Positions 1-10,365 of a DNA stretch of 51,371 nucleotides are shown here, in pieces. Numbering within the stretch: position 1 is the first letter of the stretch; every line of letters starts with the position of its first letter. Source of the stretch: a virus (Duplodnaviria; Caudoviricetes); the IMG/VR virus record IMGVR_UViG_3300017912_001403, positions 1-51,371 of that record, one strand, 5' to 3'. Position numbers and translations under genes: made by a program. The notes beneath the pieces are model-generated. The model was given only the letters and a program-made list of their open reading frames with translations. It had not been told where the DNA came from and did no database searches.

Positions 1-719
1 GAAATGACCGTACCAGAATGTTCTTCGGTGTGTACCGTATCACCAATCTTCCATAGTTTACCTGTCAGATACGCATCTCTCAAAGACTCTTCGTCTGTTT
101 CGATAGGTAAGTCTTTTTCTTCACGGATTCCCATGTGTTTTCTTACATCACGATAAAGTTTTTTACCGTCTTTGAAACCACTTGGTAACCCTTTCATGAA
201 ACTTTCTACGTCACCATCGGCAGCTGCAGCCCGCATTTTGGATGCAGACATACCTTCAACACCTTCAGCATCAGGGTCACGTTCACCAGCAGACACCACG
301 TTAAGTTTGTCAAACTTATAGAAACCATGTCTCTTACCTTCTACCCCATTGTAGGTAGTCAGTAAGTTTTTAAATTCGTTTACTCGATCCGAACCAACAA
401 CCATAGTCACATCTCTGTAACCTTGGTTGTAAAGTTTTACCGCAACGTTTATAGCAGTCTTTGAATCTTTATCTGCAATGATACTCTTTGCATGTTGTGG
501 AAACATCTTTCTCATGTACGCCACTTTCAGTGCATGGGGAAGAGGATCTTTCTTTGCGTTCTGAGAATACGATGGATATATTTTGAAATCATCAGACCCA
601 GCAACAGACTTTACTTTACTGATAAGTTTTTCGTGGCCAGTAGTAGGGGGATTGAATCTACCAAAAGTAAATACAACCTTTTTTTCTGGTGCTTCGTTTA
701 ACTGTTTGAATGATTTCAT
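1..719 (-). CDS. HIGH-superfamily cytidylyltransferase-like nucleotidyltransferase (runs off the window edge)
   Basis: Not in the ORF track. Manual translation from the ATG at 719 (ATGA overlap with the upstream stop) gives MKSFKQLNEAPEKKVVFTFGRFNPPTTGHEKL...MVVGSDR...SAGERDPDAEGVEGMSASKMR, containing GxFNPPTxGH and SASxxR motifs. Confidence 0.85.
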   Translation of the reverse strand, partial: MKSFKQLNEAPEKKVVFTFGRFNPPTTGHEKLISKVKSVAGSDDFKIYPSYSQNAKKDPLPHALKVAYMRKMFPQHAKSIIADKDSKTAINVAVKLYNQGYRDVTMVVGSDRVNEFKNLLTTYNGVEGKRHGFYKFDKLNVVSAGERDPDAEGVEGMSASKMRAAAADGDVESFMKGLPSGFKDGKKLYRDVRKHMGIREEKDLPIETDEESLRDAYLTGKLWKIGDTVHTEEHSGTVI

Positions 720-1090
720 TTTTTGTTCAACCTCTCCCTCGCGGCTTTTACTTTTTCTATTTCGCGTTGTCGGATTTCTTTTCTAAGTTTTTTTGCAAGT
801 TTTTCTATCATCGCCCCATACTTTGATGCAATTCTTTGGTCTATTTGCATACGTTGCACAGGAGATGCGTTAAAGTAGTTGGGATAAAACTTTTTGATTA
901 TTTTTTGTTTTGCAAGTTTTCTAGCTTTTAAAACTTGTTTTTCAGGAGATGCTATACGCAGTTTTGAACGCTCTACCTTTTTGCGAAAGGTAGAAGACTT
1001 CATCCGTCTAGAAAGTTGACGGGCAATCTTTTTGCGCTGAGCTACGGTTTTTACCCGTAGTTCGGATATGAGTTCGTTATATTTTTTCAT
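716..1090 (-). CDS. Highly basic hypothetical protein
   Basis: 124 aa, very K/R-rich, 4-nt overlaps with both neighbours. Confidence 0.8.
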   Translation of the reverse strand: MKKYNELISELRVKTVAQRKKIARQLSRRMKSSTFRKKVERSKLRIASPEKQVLKARKLAKQKIIKKFYPNYFNASPVQRMQIDQRIASKYGAMIEKLAKKLRKEIRQREIEKVKAARERLNKK

Positions 1091-2331
1091 TTATCCCATC
1101 GTTTTCGTGCAGTAAAATTATTGTACGAAAACTCCAATCTATCTACTAGTTTTACAGCGTTACCACTCACTCTATCTATTGCAACGTACCCTTCTGGGTT
1201 TACCACTTTAAATCCATTATCTGTGAGAATAAAAGTACTTGTAAGCTGCTTAACACTATTTAGTTTTTTTACTATTTGCATTTTAGCATCTACAAGAAGA
1301 TTTTGAAAAATAATTATGTTTTCTAAGTTTCTTGTGTGTTTTTTAAACTCTACCACAAGTTCTTTTTGCATCTTTTCGTATTTTTCTTTCCCAGCCGGAC
1401 TCTTCATAGTATCTATTTTCTTTTGTAAAGAATCACTGACCCACTTTACATAACCCTCTGCATGAGACTTTGGATTAGAAACCTTTTCTCCCTTACGAAC
1501 TTTACTGTTCATATAAGTAGCGTACATAGCACCAACCATAGGTTTTTTCAGACTCGCCTGTAACCTATTAAAAGAACGGAGTTGGTTTGCGTTGATTCTT
1601 TGGAAAACCCTACCTGTCTCAGATAAGATTCTAGTTACGTACTCTGTTTCTTTCGCGTTGAAGTTTGCCTTTCCAGAAACGTCTTTATATGACGCATCAT
1701 CCATCCAGATAGAAGGGACACTTTTTAGTTTGGAGATATCCACACCAAACCTAGCCTTCATAGACTCCAAAGTCTTACCCTCGTAAGTTGTATGCCAAAC
1801 TACACCAATCTTTGCCTTAACAATTTGTTTCCCTAAATCTGAATCGGGAGGCACTGCGTATACAATAGTGTTTGGTTGAAAAGTCAGAAAGGTTTCACCG
1901 TCTATATTTGTTTTTTCGATATCATCGGCAAACATCAAATCGCCTTGAATTACACCAGTGATTCCCAACTTAGGAAACTCTGCGAGTGCAGTTTTAAACT
2001 TGGAGTTTAAGTCACCTTTCAATTCTTCATCAATCTCTGCGTTTGTTTTGTAAAGTTTTGGATTGACGTTAAACACTCCCTTTTTTGCAACAAAGAATTT
2101 GCCGTCAGAGGGGTCGATACCGGCAAATATTGCAGGCGCACCATCCCACTTTACCGTCATGTTGACAGAACTTCTCGCACTACCGGCCAACATATCTCTG
2201 AGACTTCTCAGGAAGTTGATTGCAGCACGTCCACCCTCAACACCGTTGTTGATGATTTCGTCTTCTATGTGTTCTAAGTGCAGGTTTTTCCCTGCCTTGT
2301 CTTCTGTTAACGTTTGTTTAAAGTTCATCAT
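1087..2331 (-). CDS. Conserved T4-like protein with ATP-dependent ligase-type nucleotidyltransferase motifs (DUF6267-like)
   Basis: TVKWDG (motif I KxDG), IQGDLMF (III-like), PEGYVA (IV) and AVKLV (V-like). The family name is from recall and the function is inferred. Confidence 0.65.
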   Translation of the reverse strand: MMNFKQTLTEDKAGKNLHLEHIEDEIINNGVEGGRAAINFLRSLRDMLAGSARSSVNMTVKWDGAPAIFAGIDPSDGKFFVAKKGVFNVNPKLYKTNAEIDEELKGDLNSKFKTALAEFPKLGITGVIQGDLMFADDIEKTNIDGETFLTFQPNTIVYAVPPDSDLGKQIVKAKIGVVWHTTYEGKTLESMKARFGVDISKLKSVPSIWMDDASYKDVSGKANFNAKETEYVTRILSETGRVFQRINANQLRSFNRLQASLKKPMVGAMYATYMNSKVRKGEKVSNPKSHAEGYVKWVSDSLQKKIDTMKSPAGKEKYEKMQKELVVEFKKHTRNLENIIIFQNLLVDAKMQIVKKLNSVKQLTSTFILTDNGFKVVNPEGYVAIDRVSGNAVKLVDRLEFSYNNFTARKRWDK

Positions 2332-2332
2332 T

Positions 2333-3715
2333 TTAGGATATTTTTATATAGTAACTAGATTGATCCACATCACTTTGTGCGTAGCGGAAAATCTTAGTGA
2401 TTAGTTCGTTTCTTTTTGCAGTGTTTGCCGTCAAAAAATTATAGATAAAAAGCAGACAAATATATTTACTGTTTGTATATTCTTTTGGGCTTGCCTTCCA
2501 CTGTTTCATAAAATCACTTTTAGTCATGATTGGTTTTTTAGGATTGCCCTTACTATTTACCTTTTCGTATATCATGTATGCATTTTCAGCGACTTTGTTT
2601 TTGTCTTGTCCCAATGCAGTTAAAAGTGATGATTCGTTTCCTTTGCCTTGATATATATCTTTGTTCAAAACTTGGGACATGTAGAAATCAACGTTACCCC
2701 CACCAATTTTACCACCAGCGGCTGCACCACCCTTAATTTCTCCCTGCCATGACTTCTCTCCACCAAAGGTTCTAAACTGCATTGTACCGGCATCACAAGT
2801 GACGTATAAGTCCTTTGAGTCGAAAAACTCACCTGTCTGTCCAAAAGACCAACTCTTGTATTTGTATACGGGACTCTTTGCAGATTTACCTTTAGGTAAG
2901 TTAAATTCTTTTGAAGTTGCCTTAGCAGTCTTACCAATTTTTTTCAGTGAAATACCAAGAAGTTCTCCAGAAAGTGCGAGTTGATATACTTTATCATTTA
3001 GTGTTTTCCAATTAGAAACACTCTCTTTCAAAGGTGTTTCGGTTGGTTTAAATGTGGATGCCCAAATATCGCCAGGATTCCATTTGTCGTTTGAAAATGA
3101 GCCAGGAGCCTGTGTCTCTTCTGAAGCCTTATCTATTTTATGACAAGCTGCTTTTGCCTTGTAGATATTTGTCATAAACTTTGAACCACGATGAAAATAA
3201 ACCGGAGTACTCATCTTCGAACCATACTCATCAAAAACTTTGTTTGCGGTTTTCAGATATACATCTGTGGTTATCCAATCCTCTGGCCCATTCTTAAGAA
3301 TCTTTCCTAAAGTTCTGTCTGCATCGACGTACTTTTCTGCCTTTTCAAGTTGTGCTTTGGTTAAAGTTTTTGTGATTTTTTTCTTTGCAATGTTGAACAC
3401 ATATGCACAATAGTAACACTGCATACATTCTGTTAAGGCAGTAATCTCTGCACCCCCACCAGAACCCCCACTGGCGTTCTTTGCGAGAATGTAGTATTTT
3501 TTTATTTCAACTCTACCTATTGAAGAGCCGGATTTGTTTTCGGTGTTATATACACCACCTAATCTTTTTGCAAGATCTTCTAGTGCGGGGATACGGTCAT
3601 TTTTGGTAGCTAAAAGAACTGTGAGATTGGTAGACTTGGATTCCTTAATGTGATATCCAAATTTCTCTACAGCCGTTTGTAAAGACTTGATAGTCGTTAT
3701 GTTTGGAACCGCCAT
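2333..3715 (-). CDS. Hypothetical protein, possible PD-(D/E)xK-like nuclease
   Basis: 460-aa ORF with its own RBS and promoter. Motifs LTECMQC...WNPGDIW...GISLKK. The ORF is secure and the function is tentative. Confidence 0.5.
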   Translation of the reverse strand: MAVPNITTIKSLQTAVEKFGYHIKESKSTNLTVLLATKNDRIPALEDLAKRLGGVYNTENKSGSSIGRVEIKKYYILAKNASGGSGGGAEITALTECMQCYYCAYVFNIAKKKITKTLTKAQLEKAEKYVDADRTLGKILKNGPEDWITTDVYLKTANKVFDEYGSKMSTPVYFHRGSKFMTNIYKAKAACHKIDKASEETQAPGSFSNDKWNPGDIWASTFKPTETPLKESVSNWKTLNDKVYQLALSGELLGISLKKIGKTAKATSKEFNLPKGKSAKSPVYKYKSWSFGQTGEFFDSKDLYVTCDAGTMQFRTFGGEKSWQGEIKGGAAAGGKIGGGNVDFYMSQVLNKDIYQGKGNESSLLTALGQDKNKVAENAYMIYEKVNSKGNPKKPIMTKSDFMKQWKASPKEYTNSKYICLLFIYNFLTANTAKRNELITKIFRYAQSDVDQSSYYIKIS

Positions 3716-3745
3716 TTATACTCCCTCTCTCTCTAGTATATTGCA

Positions 3746-3774
3746 ATTATACTAAACTATTTAGGAGGAGTCAA
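3746..3774 (-). promoter_or_regulatory. Sigma70-type promoter TTGACT-N17-TATAAT
   Basis: -35 at 3769-3774, -10 at 3746-3751, intergenic, upstream of ORF 2333..3715. A late-type CTAAATA lies in the spacer. Confidence 0.85.
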
Positions 3775-3778
3775 GCGT

Positions 3779-4015
3779 TTAATCTAAATCGTCTATGTAT
3801 TCTTCGACAATTACGGTGAGGCCTTCAGAAGACTTGAGGTCAACCACCCTATCGTCCCAAGTGGTTAATTTGAGTCTTTTGGTGTTGTTTACGTGAATAT
3901 GTTTTGCAACATAGCGAATACCCCCGTCTCCGATGTTAGTCACTGTGACCTTGAATCTCGGAAACCAAGACGGGAGCATTCTCCTGTGCCATGGTGCAAC
4001 TATCTTTTTAGGCAT
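3779..4015 (-). CDS. Small hypothetical protein
   Basis: 78 aa, overlaps the upstream ORF by 8 nt and fills the gap on the coding strand. Confidence 0.7.
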   Translation of the reverse strand: MPKKIVAPWHRRMLPSWFPRFKVTVTNIGDGGIRYVAKHIHVNNTKRLKLTTWDDRVVDLKSSEGLTVIVEEYIDDLD

Positions 4016-4244
4016 CTACTTTCTTCTTTCTAGGTGCTCTTTTCTTTGCAGTAGTTTTCTTTTTGCGGGGAGTAGTCTTTCTCTTACGAACAGGTTTGTC
4101 CCTTGGAGTCGGAGTCTTCCCATCAACATACGCCTCATTTACATTAGGTGTAGAGGGGTCATCTGCAACAAATCTACCCTTGTCATCTTTTGCCCTTTCA
4201 CCAGTAGGTTCAGCGACAAACAAACTTCTCAGCCATTTAAACAT
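4008..4244 (-). CDS. Small protein with a Lys/Arg-rich histone-like tail
   Basis: AAGGAG RBS. Core RAKDDKGRFVADDPSTPNVNEAY, tail RKRKTTPRKKKTTAKKRAPRKKK. Confidence 0.8.
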   Translation of the reverse strand: MFKWLRSLFVAEPTGERAKDDKGRFVADDPSTPNVNEAYVDGKTPTPRDKPVRKRKTTPRKKKTTAKKRAPRKKKVDA

Positions 4245-4260
4245 TACAATCTCCTTTAAT

Positions 4261-4268
4261 TATTTATC
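4261..4268 (-). promoter_or_regulatory. T4 late-type promoter variant GATAAATA
   Basis: Overlaps the gp41 stop and lies just upstream of the RBS of ORF 4008..4244. Confidence 0.55.
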
Positions 4269-5652
4269 ATTTAAAATTAGAAAAATTTTCGTAGTTTTTT
4301 CCTCTATCGAACACGGGAACAGAATCGTCTTCTTGTCCAGAATCAACTAAGTCCTGTTGTTCGTTCAAGTCAACATCAAAGAGTTTCATCTTTGATCTAT
4401 CTATACCGACAACAAAACGTTTATTTACAGAGGGATCGTTGTATCGGTTCTTCAGCTGTTTGACCATAATCTGATTAAGTTCTTCTAACTCTTCAGTACT
4501 TATCAGGGCAAACATGAAGTCAGCAGTCGCAGGCAAACCAAAAGATTCTGAGGTATCTTCTAACCCCACATCTGTGTTGGAATACCCAGAGCGTGTTGTT
4601 TGCGTTGCAGACACAATAGGAAGGTTACATTCAACGGCAAGTCCACGCAGTTCCTCTGCGATTGCCTTAACGTAACTATAGGAATTAATAGAACCACCTA
4701 AGGCTCTCATTCTAGATGATGCACAAATATTTAGATAATCTATGAAGATTATATCTGGTTTAAAACTCTTCTTGATTGCAAGTTCTTTTATCAATGCACG
4801 AAAATGATTAACATGTGCAGATGCAGTTGGATATTCCTTGATAATAAGTTTACCACTTGTTTTCTTTGCAAGATTCCCAATCTTATCTTCGTACATGTTC
4901 TTTGGAAGTGCATGTAAGTCTTCCATAGAAATATTCATCAGGTTTGCATCAATTCTTTCTGCGATACGTTCCTCTGCCATTTCCATAGTGATGTACAAGA
5001 CATTCTTATTCTGAGACAGACAGTCAGCAGCCATATGACACATGAACAAAGATTTACCAACACCAGTTCCGGCAAGCGCAATGTTCAATGTCTTTTGCGG
5101 CAATCCACCTTTAGTAATCTTGTTGAAAAACTCCAAGTCAAAAGGAATCTTTTCCTCTTTTCTGTGGTAGAACTCAAATCGGTCTTCTGCGTTCTCTACG
5201 TAATCGTGTCCAACACGATTGTCAAAACTAACTGCAAGTGCGTTAGTCAACATACTTGGAAGTGCGTCAGCCGTCTTGTCTTTGTCTTTACCATCGATAA
5301 TATTGATACCATCTATGATTGCATTGTAGATGGCTTTGTCCTTACAGAACTTCTCTGTGACTTCTAGCAACCATTCCATCTCAACATCGAGTGAGTTCAG
5401 TGTCTCTATGATAGAATTGACAGACTTGAACTGGTCTTCAGTTAAGTCTTTGCGATTGTCTATTTCAATATGCAAAGAGGTTTTAACAGGTGGCTTGTTG
5501 TATCTATCAATAAACTTATGGATTTCTTGATAGATAATTCGTTCTTCACGATTCCCAAAGTATTCGTCTTTTAGGAAAGGAAGAACACGTCTAGCATAGT
5601 CTTCGTTATAGACTAGATTGCTAAGAATAGTTCTTTCAATTGTTTGAGTCAT
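4267..5652 (-). CDS. gp41: Replicative DNA helicase (DnaB-like)
   Basis: Walker A AGTGVGKS, KEYPT, FIDYLNIC, ATQTTRSG, SESFGLPATAD, QLKNRY. Confidence 0.97.
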   Translation of the reverse strand: MTQTIERTILSNLVYNEDYARRVLPFLKDEYFGNREERIIYQEIHKFIDRYNKPPVKTSLHIEIDNRKDLTEDQFKSVNSIIETLNSLDVEMEWLLEVTEKFCKDKAIYNAIIDGINIIDGKDKDKTADALPSMLTNALAVSFDNRVGHDYVENAEDRFEFYHRKEEKIPFDLEFFNKITKGGLPQKTLNIALAGTGVGKSLFMCHMAADCLSQNKNVLYITMEMAEERIAERIDANLMNISMEDLHALPKNMYEDKIGNLAKKTSGKLIIKEYPTASAHVNHFRALIKELAIKKSFKPDIIFIDYLNICASSRMRALGGSINSYSYVKAIAEELRGLAVECNLPIVSATQTTRSGYSNTDVGLEDTSESFGLPATADFMFALISTEELEELNQIMVKQLKNRYNDPSVNKRFVVGIDRSKMKLFDVDLNEQQDLVDSGQEDDSVPVFDRGKNYENFSNFK

Positions 5653-6332
5653 CTTTTTGATATCTCCGTAACACTCAGTGGCGTGTTTAATGGTACATCA
5701 TATACTTGTGGCATATTATGTAATTGCTGTACATTATAAAACATCTTAGCGTAATTTACAAGGTCTTTTCGCATTTCGTTTGGAGGGAACTCGACATAAA
5801 CTATTTTGTCTGCGACTCTAAACGCCTCATCGAAAAATCTTTTTATTTGTTTTTCTGTTAGTTTTCTCCCATTTCTTTTTCTTTCTTTAAACAAAGAAAA
5901 CCTTGTAATCACCATTGTGTCAAACTTTAGGTCAGTACCAATAGTGAAATCGTCTTGGTCAATCCAACTGTTTGTAATGTCCAGAGGAAAATCAAGACGT
6001 TTTCTCCACAACGGAAATGGACTAAGGAAGTTGTCGGTATCACGTTCATCTGGTAAATCAGATGTCTTGAAGTCCAGCCCGTTCCATCTACCAATTGCGG
6101 CCATTGTGTTAGTACCTGACCCAAAATCCAAAAAGGTTTTTGAACCAGACAATTTAAGATACGTTACAACCGAATCCCAAAAGTCAATATAGTCACTTTG
6201 TTGCGTTTCGTTTAGGTATTGCAGATTTACAATCATGTCCTTAGACATGACTCTACCCGTTCTCTTACCTAAATCTTGCATATAGGCAAGACAGTTGGAA
6301 AGTATCTTTTGTCTTTGTTCAGGAGTTACCAT
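5649..6332 (-). CDS. Class I SAM-dependent methyltransferase-like protein
   Basis: SAM-binding motif I FLDFGSG followed later by FDTMVI. Confidence 0.6.
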   Translation of the reverse strand: MVTPEQRQKILSNCLAYMQDLGKRTGRVMSKDMIVNLQYLNETQQSDYIDFWDSVVTYLKLSGSKTFLDFGSGTNTMAAIGRWNGLDFKTSDLPDERDTDNFLSPFPLWRKRLDFPLDITNSWIDQDDFTIGTDLKFDTMVITRFSLFKERKRNGRKLTEKQIKRFFDEAFRVADKIVYVEFPPNEMRKDLVNYAKMFYNVQQLHNMPQVYDVPLNTPLSVTEISKR

Positions 6333-6612
6333 CTTCTTTCATTTGTTCAGACAAGATTTTTAATAGGATGTCGCCACAGATTTCTTTGAATTTGCCTTCT
6401 CGAAATTCTTCAGCGTCTTTTCCATTTGTTTCTACCACGTCATACTCAAACGCGAGAGAGGCCTCACCATCTTCCTCATGGACACCAATCTTTCCGTACT
6501 TGAAAATAGTTCCTTCGTATTCACCATTGCGAATACCAATACACGTTTGATTTTGTGAGTCACTTTCAACGTAACAATACTCAACCGTTTCCATATTTAA
6601 ACTCCTTTGCAA
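6319..6612 (-). CDS. Small acidic hypothetical protein in the T4 gp40 position
   Basis: Directly after uvsX. The probable start is the internal METVEY. Confidence 0.7.
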   Translation of the reverse strand: MQRSLNMETVEYCYVESDSQNQTCIGIRNGEYEGTIFKYGKIGVHEEDGEASLAFEYDVVETNGKDAEEFREGKFKEICGDILLKILSEQMKEDGNS

Positions 6613-7600
6613 CCACTTCCTCTAGTTGTTGCATTATCTCATCTGTAAAGTATTTTTCTGGATCGTCTTGAATTGTTTTACCAAAAACTTTTGACCCATC
6701 AGGTAGTTCATAACGAGTGGAAACTTTTTTGAAGATGTTGTACTTTTCAGCCAACTGGACAAGTCCGTAGTATTTATCCAAACCCTTTTCAAAGTTTAGA
6801 CGAACATCAACCATTTTGTTTTCTACAGTCAAACGAGACTTGTGATTTTTACAATGAATGATATTTCCAACCACTTCACTTCCATCTTTATCTTTCTTCT
6901 TAGACAAGAAAACGATAGACGATGCGGCATACTTTAAACCAGAACCACCACCCATTTCTTTTTGTGGGAACATAGAACCAACAACATCGTAAGTGTGATT
7001 AGTAACTACCATCGGTACTTTTGCCTTACCAAGTTTTAGAGTCAACACACGGAATGCGGCCTTCAAAACTTGGGCACGAGTCATGTCACGAGTTTCTTTA
7101 CCCTCTGCGGTGTCTTCTACTTCTTTGGTTGTGGACAACATACCAAGAGAATCAAGACACATCATCAACGGCACTCGGTCACTTTCTTTGGTTTCCATGT
7201 AAGAATCGAGAGCTTTGATTGCCTGCGTTCTAAACTCTTGAACCGTAGTCACTGGAAGTATAACTAAACGAGAGGGGTCAATCCCCCTATCAACAACCAT
7301 CTGTCTTGTGATTGCAGACTCAGATTCAAAGTACAAAACCCCCGCATCTGGATTTGCATCTAAGAAAGACTTTACCATTCCCATGAGAAAGAAAGTCTTA
7401 CCTGTTGCCGATTCACCAGCAAGTGCGGTAATTTTGTTTGAAGGCAGGCCCCCATAAAGGGAGCCTGAGATGAGTGCGTTAAAGATATAAGAACCAGTGT
7501 CAATAAAACTATCAACGTCTCCTGCTTCTACACCATCTTCAACAATACCGGCATATTCATTTCCGGTTGTTTTTATAATGTCTTTTAAAAAGTCTGTCAT
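6581..7600 (-). CDS. uvsX: RecA-like recombinase
   Basis: [34 protein letters not shown]. Confidence 0.97.
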   Translation of the reverse strand: MTDFLKDIIKTTGNEYAGIVEDGVEAGDVDSFIDTGSYIFNALISGSLYGGLPSNKITALAGESATGKTFFLMGMVKSFLDANPDAGVLYFESESAITRQMVVDRGIDPSRLVILPVTTVQEFRTQAIKALDSYMETKESDRVPLMMCLDSLGMLSTTKEVEDTAEGKETRDMTRAQVLKAAFRVLTLKLGKAKVPMVVTNHTYDVVGSMFPQKEMGGGSGLKYAASSIVFLSKKKDKDGSEVVGNIIHCKNHKSRLTVENKMVDVRLNFEKGLDKYYGLVQLAEKYNIFKKVSTRYELPDGSKVFGKTIQDDPEKYFTDEIMQQLEEVVAKEFKYGNG

Positions 7601-7602
7601 AA

Positions 7603-8628
7603 TTATTCTCCAACAAATGGATTGCCGAACTCATCAACCAATCCTGTTTCTTCAACTTGTCCGTGACTATTTAGCCCGATGTTCTGTGGAAGGAATCCAC
7701 CAAACTTAAATACGGAAACCACTTTGTCATTCACCTCTTGAGCATCTAAAGTCATAGCATATTGACAAATTTCTTGAACTTTAGAATTCATTTTTGCAAA
7801 ATCCTTTAACCATGCCTTTCTGTCAGCCTCAAGTTGGGATGGTTTAGGGCTTTCAATATACCCGTAGATAGTTACGGGGGCGTATGTATCAATACTTTTT
7901 TTTCTAGATAGTTCTAATCCATCCCAAAACGCACCCTTACTAAACCCCGAAGGTCTAGCATATGCAATACCATCAACACTGCGATTTTTTACGCCCTGAT
8001 ATTGATAACCATTTTCTTTTAACCAAGCGGCCGCAGTCCTAGCAATGAAAGGACGCATAGATTGGAATGGGGAGTGTTCTTTTCTGAAACTGTTAAAAAT
8101 ATTTTCCTGTTGTTCTTCAGTCATATCTCCAGCAGCAACAGAAATAAAACTTTTAATATCCTTATCATCTGAAATATTTATAGATCCTTCTGCGATTCCA
8201 TCTGATAAGCCTTTAAGAATATCATCTCTAGTATTACCAGTTCTGGGGTTTAAAATGTGATTGTCAACATAGATAAACTCCCTGCGAGTTCGAGGTGAAT
8301 CAAATTTTACTACATCCACGATAGTAGATTGCCATCCCAGTTGTTCTTGAGCAGCGTCTCTATTATATCCACCCAAAATGTCTTTCTTTCTAGGATCCTT
8401 TTCGTTGTCCTCAACAACCTGTACAGGCTGGTCATAAAGAAATCCATTGACTTGATAAGACTGTACAATCTTAGCAACATTTTCTGGACGAGTCAACAAC
8501 AGTCTAGCCTGTTTATTTCGAATCAGATTTCCTCGATTAGTTACTATCCTTTTTACAAAGTGTACCCCTTCTGGATATGATGGGGGATTTTCTTTGAGCG
8601 AACGCTCAATATCAAAGTGCATTTTCAT
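7603..8628 (-). CDS. Protein with an N-terminal ParB/Srx-like domain
   Basis: [19 protein letters not shown]...[25 protein letters not shown] fits the ParB/Srx pattern with GxxR. AGGAG RBS. Confidence 0.6.
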   Translation of the reverse strand: MKMHFDIERSLKENPPSYPEGVHFVKRIVTNRGNLIRNKQARLLLTRPENVAKIVQSYQVNGFLYDQPVQVVEDNEKDPRKKDILGGYNRDAAQEQLGWQSTIVDVVKFDSPRTRREFIYVDNHILNPRTGNTRDDILKGLSDGIAEGSINISDDKDIKSFISVAAGDMTEEQQENIFNSFRKEHSPFQSMRPFIARTAAAWLKENGYQYQGVKNRSVDGIAYARPSGFSKGAFWDGLELSRKKSIDTYAPVTIYGYIESPKPSQLEADRKAWLKDFAKMNSKVQEICQYAMTLDAQEVNDKVVSVFKFGGFLPQNIGLNSHGQVEETGLVDEFGNPFVGE

Positions 8629-8653
8629 TTTTTTCTCCTGTCCTACTGGACTG

Positions 8654-9088
8654 TTAAGATTTAAATTTCCAAACCCTGCCTTTCATTTTTCCCTCACTCC
8701 AATTGATATAACCTACTGGTTGCATACCAATCTTTTTATAAAATGAGTTTGCAGCAAGGTTTGATTCTCTGACAGTCAGGTACACATCTTGTCCTGTCCA
8801 ATCAAAGAATTCTTTCATGACCTTTGAAGCATTACCGTTACCCTTTACGGAGTTAACGATTTGGTGAATCGTGTATGAATCACGCTCGACCTTTACATCT
8901 GTGTCACGTCCTATGGGCCTAGTTGCGTTATTTTGATGGAAAGTTATCACCACACCATCTTGTAAAACGCACTGACCTAATTCTATTCTTTTCCTTATTT
9001 TTGTGTTCCACACATGTGGAAACCATTCTTTGTTATTTTGAAATATATTCCAGACTTCATCAAAGTCTGCCGGTGTTGCAATGTTCAA
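8654..9088 (-). CDS. GNAT-family acetyltransferase
   Basis: IHQIVNSVKGNGNAS (acetyl-CoA loop) and VYLTVRESNLAANSFYKKIGM. Confidence 0.85.
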   Translation of the reverse strand: MNIATPADFDEVWNIFQNNKEWFPHVWNTKIRKRIELGQCVLQDGVVITFHQNNATRPIGRDTDVKVERDSYTIHQIVNSVKGNGNASKVMKEFFDWTGQDVYLTVRESNLAANSFYKKIGMQPVGYINWSEGKMKGRVWKFKS

Positions 9089-10365
9089 AAGAAAGACTCC
9101 AGTGTATTGACTCTAACGTCTGAAAACAAATCAACAGAAGTGTCTTTACCAAAACACCAGACGTTTTCCATGTATAGTTTATTCATGAACTTGTCCATAG
9201 CCTCTTTGTCAAAGTTTCCATCCTCATCTTTGAAAACAGAAGCACCTTGAGGACGTTGCATGATTCGCATACCAATCTGTCCCAAAAAGTTTGGACGCAA
9301 CATATCAACAAGTTCATCCCCAGAACGATATCTTGTTCCATGTATCTTAGGGTCAAGAATGTTGACCATCAGAACACCACGTTCACTTAACGAGTCGAAA
9401 CTATTCTTTGCAACAGGAAGATAGAAGTCATCTCTCCAAGCAGAGTACTCATTAAATTTAGCCCACGACTGTAGTTCCTGTTTTTCCCCACCTTCATTAT
9501 ATCTTTCTGTCGAAAAATACGGGGGAGAAGTAAACGCACAATCAACATTGCTGATTTCATCCCACGGCAAATCTTCTGCACCACAGTTGTAAATCTGGAC
9601 AGTCTTTTTACCACGAGATTTATTGTAGATTCCATCATAAAATTTTATCATCCTTTCGTAACGTTCAAATGTGTTCGGGTTAGGGTCACAACCAATGTAA
9701 TGAGTTGCGTTTGAAGCATAGAATCCAGTGAGTCTGTCACCCCATCCCATAGAGGTATCCAATACGGTTTTCGCACGAGTCATGTCATAAATTGTTTTCG
9801 CAACAATAGGTTTGAACTGAGTTGCGATGTATGTACCCAATCGAAATGCCATGGTATATGTTTTTGGAGATAAAACTTGTGCATCGTTTACGCCTCTCCA
9901 AATAGGCCCAAACGCACCCCAAATATTATCACCATCTTCCCATCTTGTTACTGGCGCTTTGAAACCATATGAACCACAACGCATACGCAAATCATTCATA
10001 AAAGAATCGGCGCAGTAATTGAAGGTTGATGGCCCATCAATAAAACCTAGTCCAAAATCTTTGTATGAATATTTGTAGTCATCATATTTTTCAACAACTT
10101 CTTTTGTTGGAATGTAGATGTAATCCGTAAAAGGTGCTTTCTCTAACTTACGAAAGTTTTCTATTACCTTTTGTTCGTTGAATTGTTTTAGAGGATAAGG
10201 AGGTTTTTCTTTTGTAATATACTCCGAGAGAGTTGAACGAAAAACTTCCTTACCATATTTCTCAGTTGTGTCAATAAAAAGAGGCTTACTCATTACGGGC
10301 AAGCCTGTATTATCTGCACAAGTCTTTAAGAAATTATAAAGTTCTGTGTTTGTTTGCGCTTTCAT
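9085..10365 (-). CDS. Amino (N4-C/N6-A) DNA methyltransferase-like protein
   Basis: Motif I VLDTSMGWGDR, YIGCDPN, motif IV FTSPPYF. C-terminus TLESFF. Confidence 0.8.
   Translation of the reverse strand: MKAQTNTELYNFLKTCADNTGLPVMSKPLFIDTTEKYGKEVFRSTLSEYITKEKPPYPLKQFNEQKVIENFRKLEKAPFTDYIYIPTKEVVEKYDDYKYSYKDFGLGFIDGPSTFNYCADSFMNDLRMRCGSYGFKAPVTRWEDGDNIWGAFGPIWRGVNDAQVLSPKTYTMAFRLGTYIATQFKPIVAKTIYDMTRAKTVLDTSMGWGDRLTGFYASNATHYIGCDPNPNTFERYERMIKFYDGIYNKSRGKKTVQIYNCGAEDLPWDEISNVDCAFTSPPYFSTERYNEGGEKQELQSWAKFNEYSAWRDDFYLPVAKNSFDSLSERGVLMVNILDPKIHGTRYRSGDELVDMLRPNFLGQIGMRIMQRPQGASVFKDEDGNFDKEAMDKFMNKLYMENVWCFGKDTSVDLFSDVRVNTLESFF

Noticed and set aside
3721-3734. CT dinucleotide microsatellite
   Set aside because: It is the purine-rich RBS region of ORF 2333..3715 on the minus strand and is too short to matter.
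6319-6612. Calling this ORF gp40
   Set aside because: The support is positional only; I recognise no similarity to T4 gp40.
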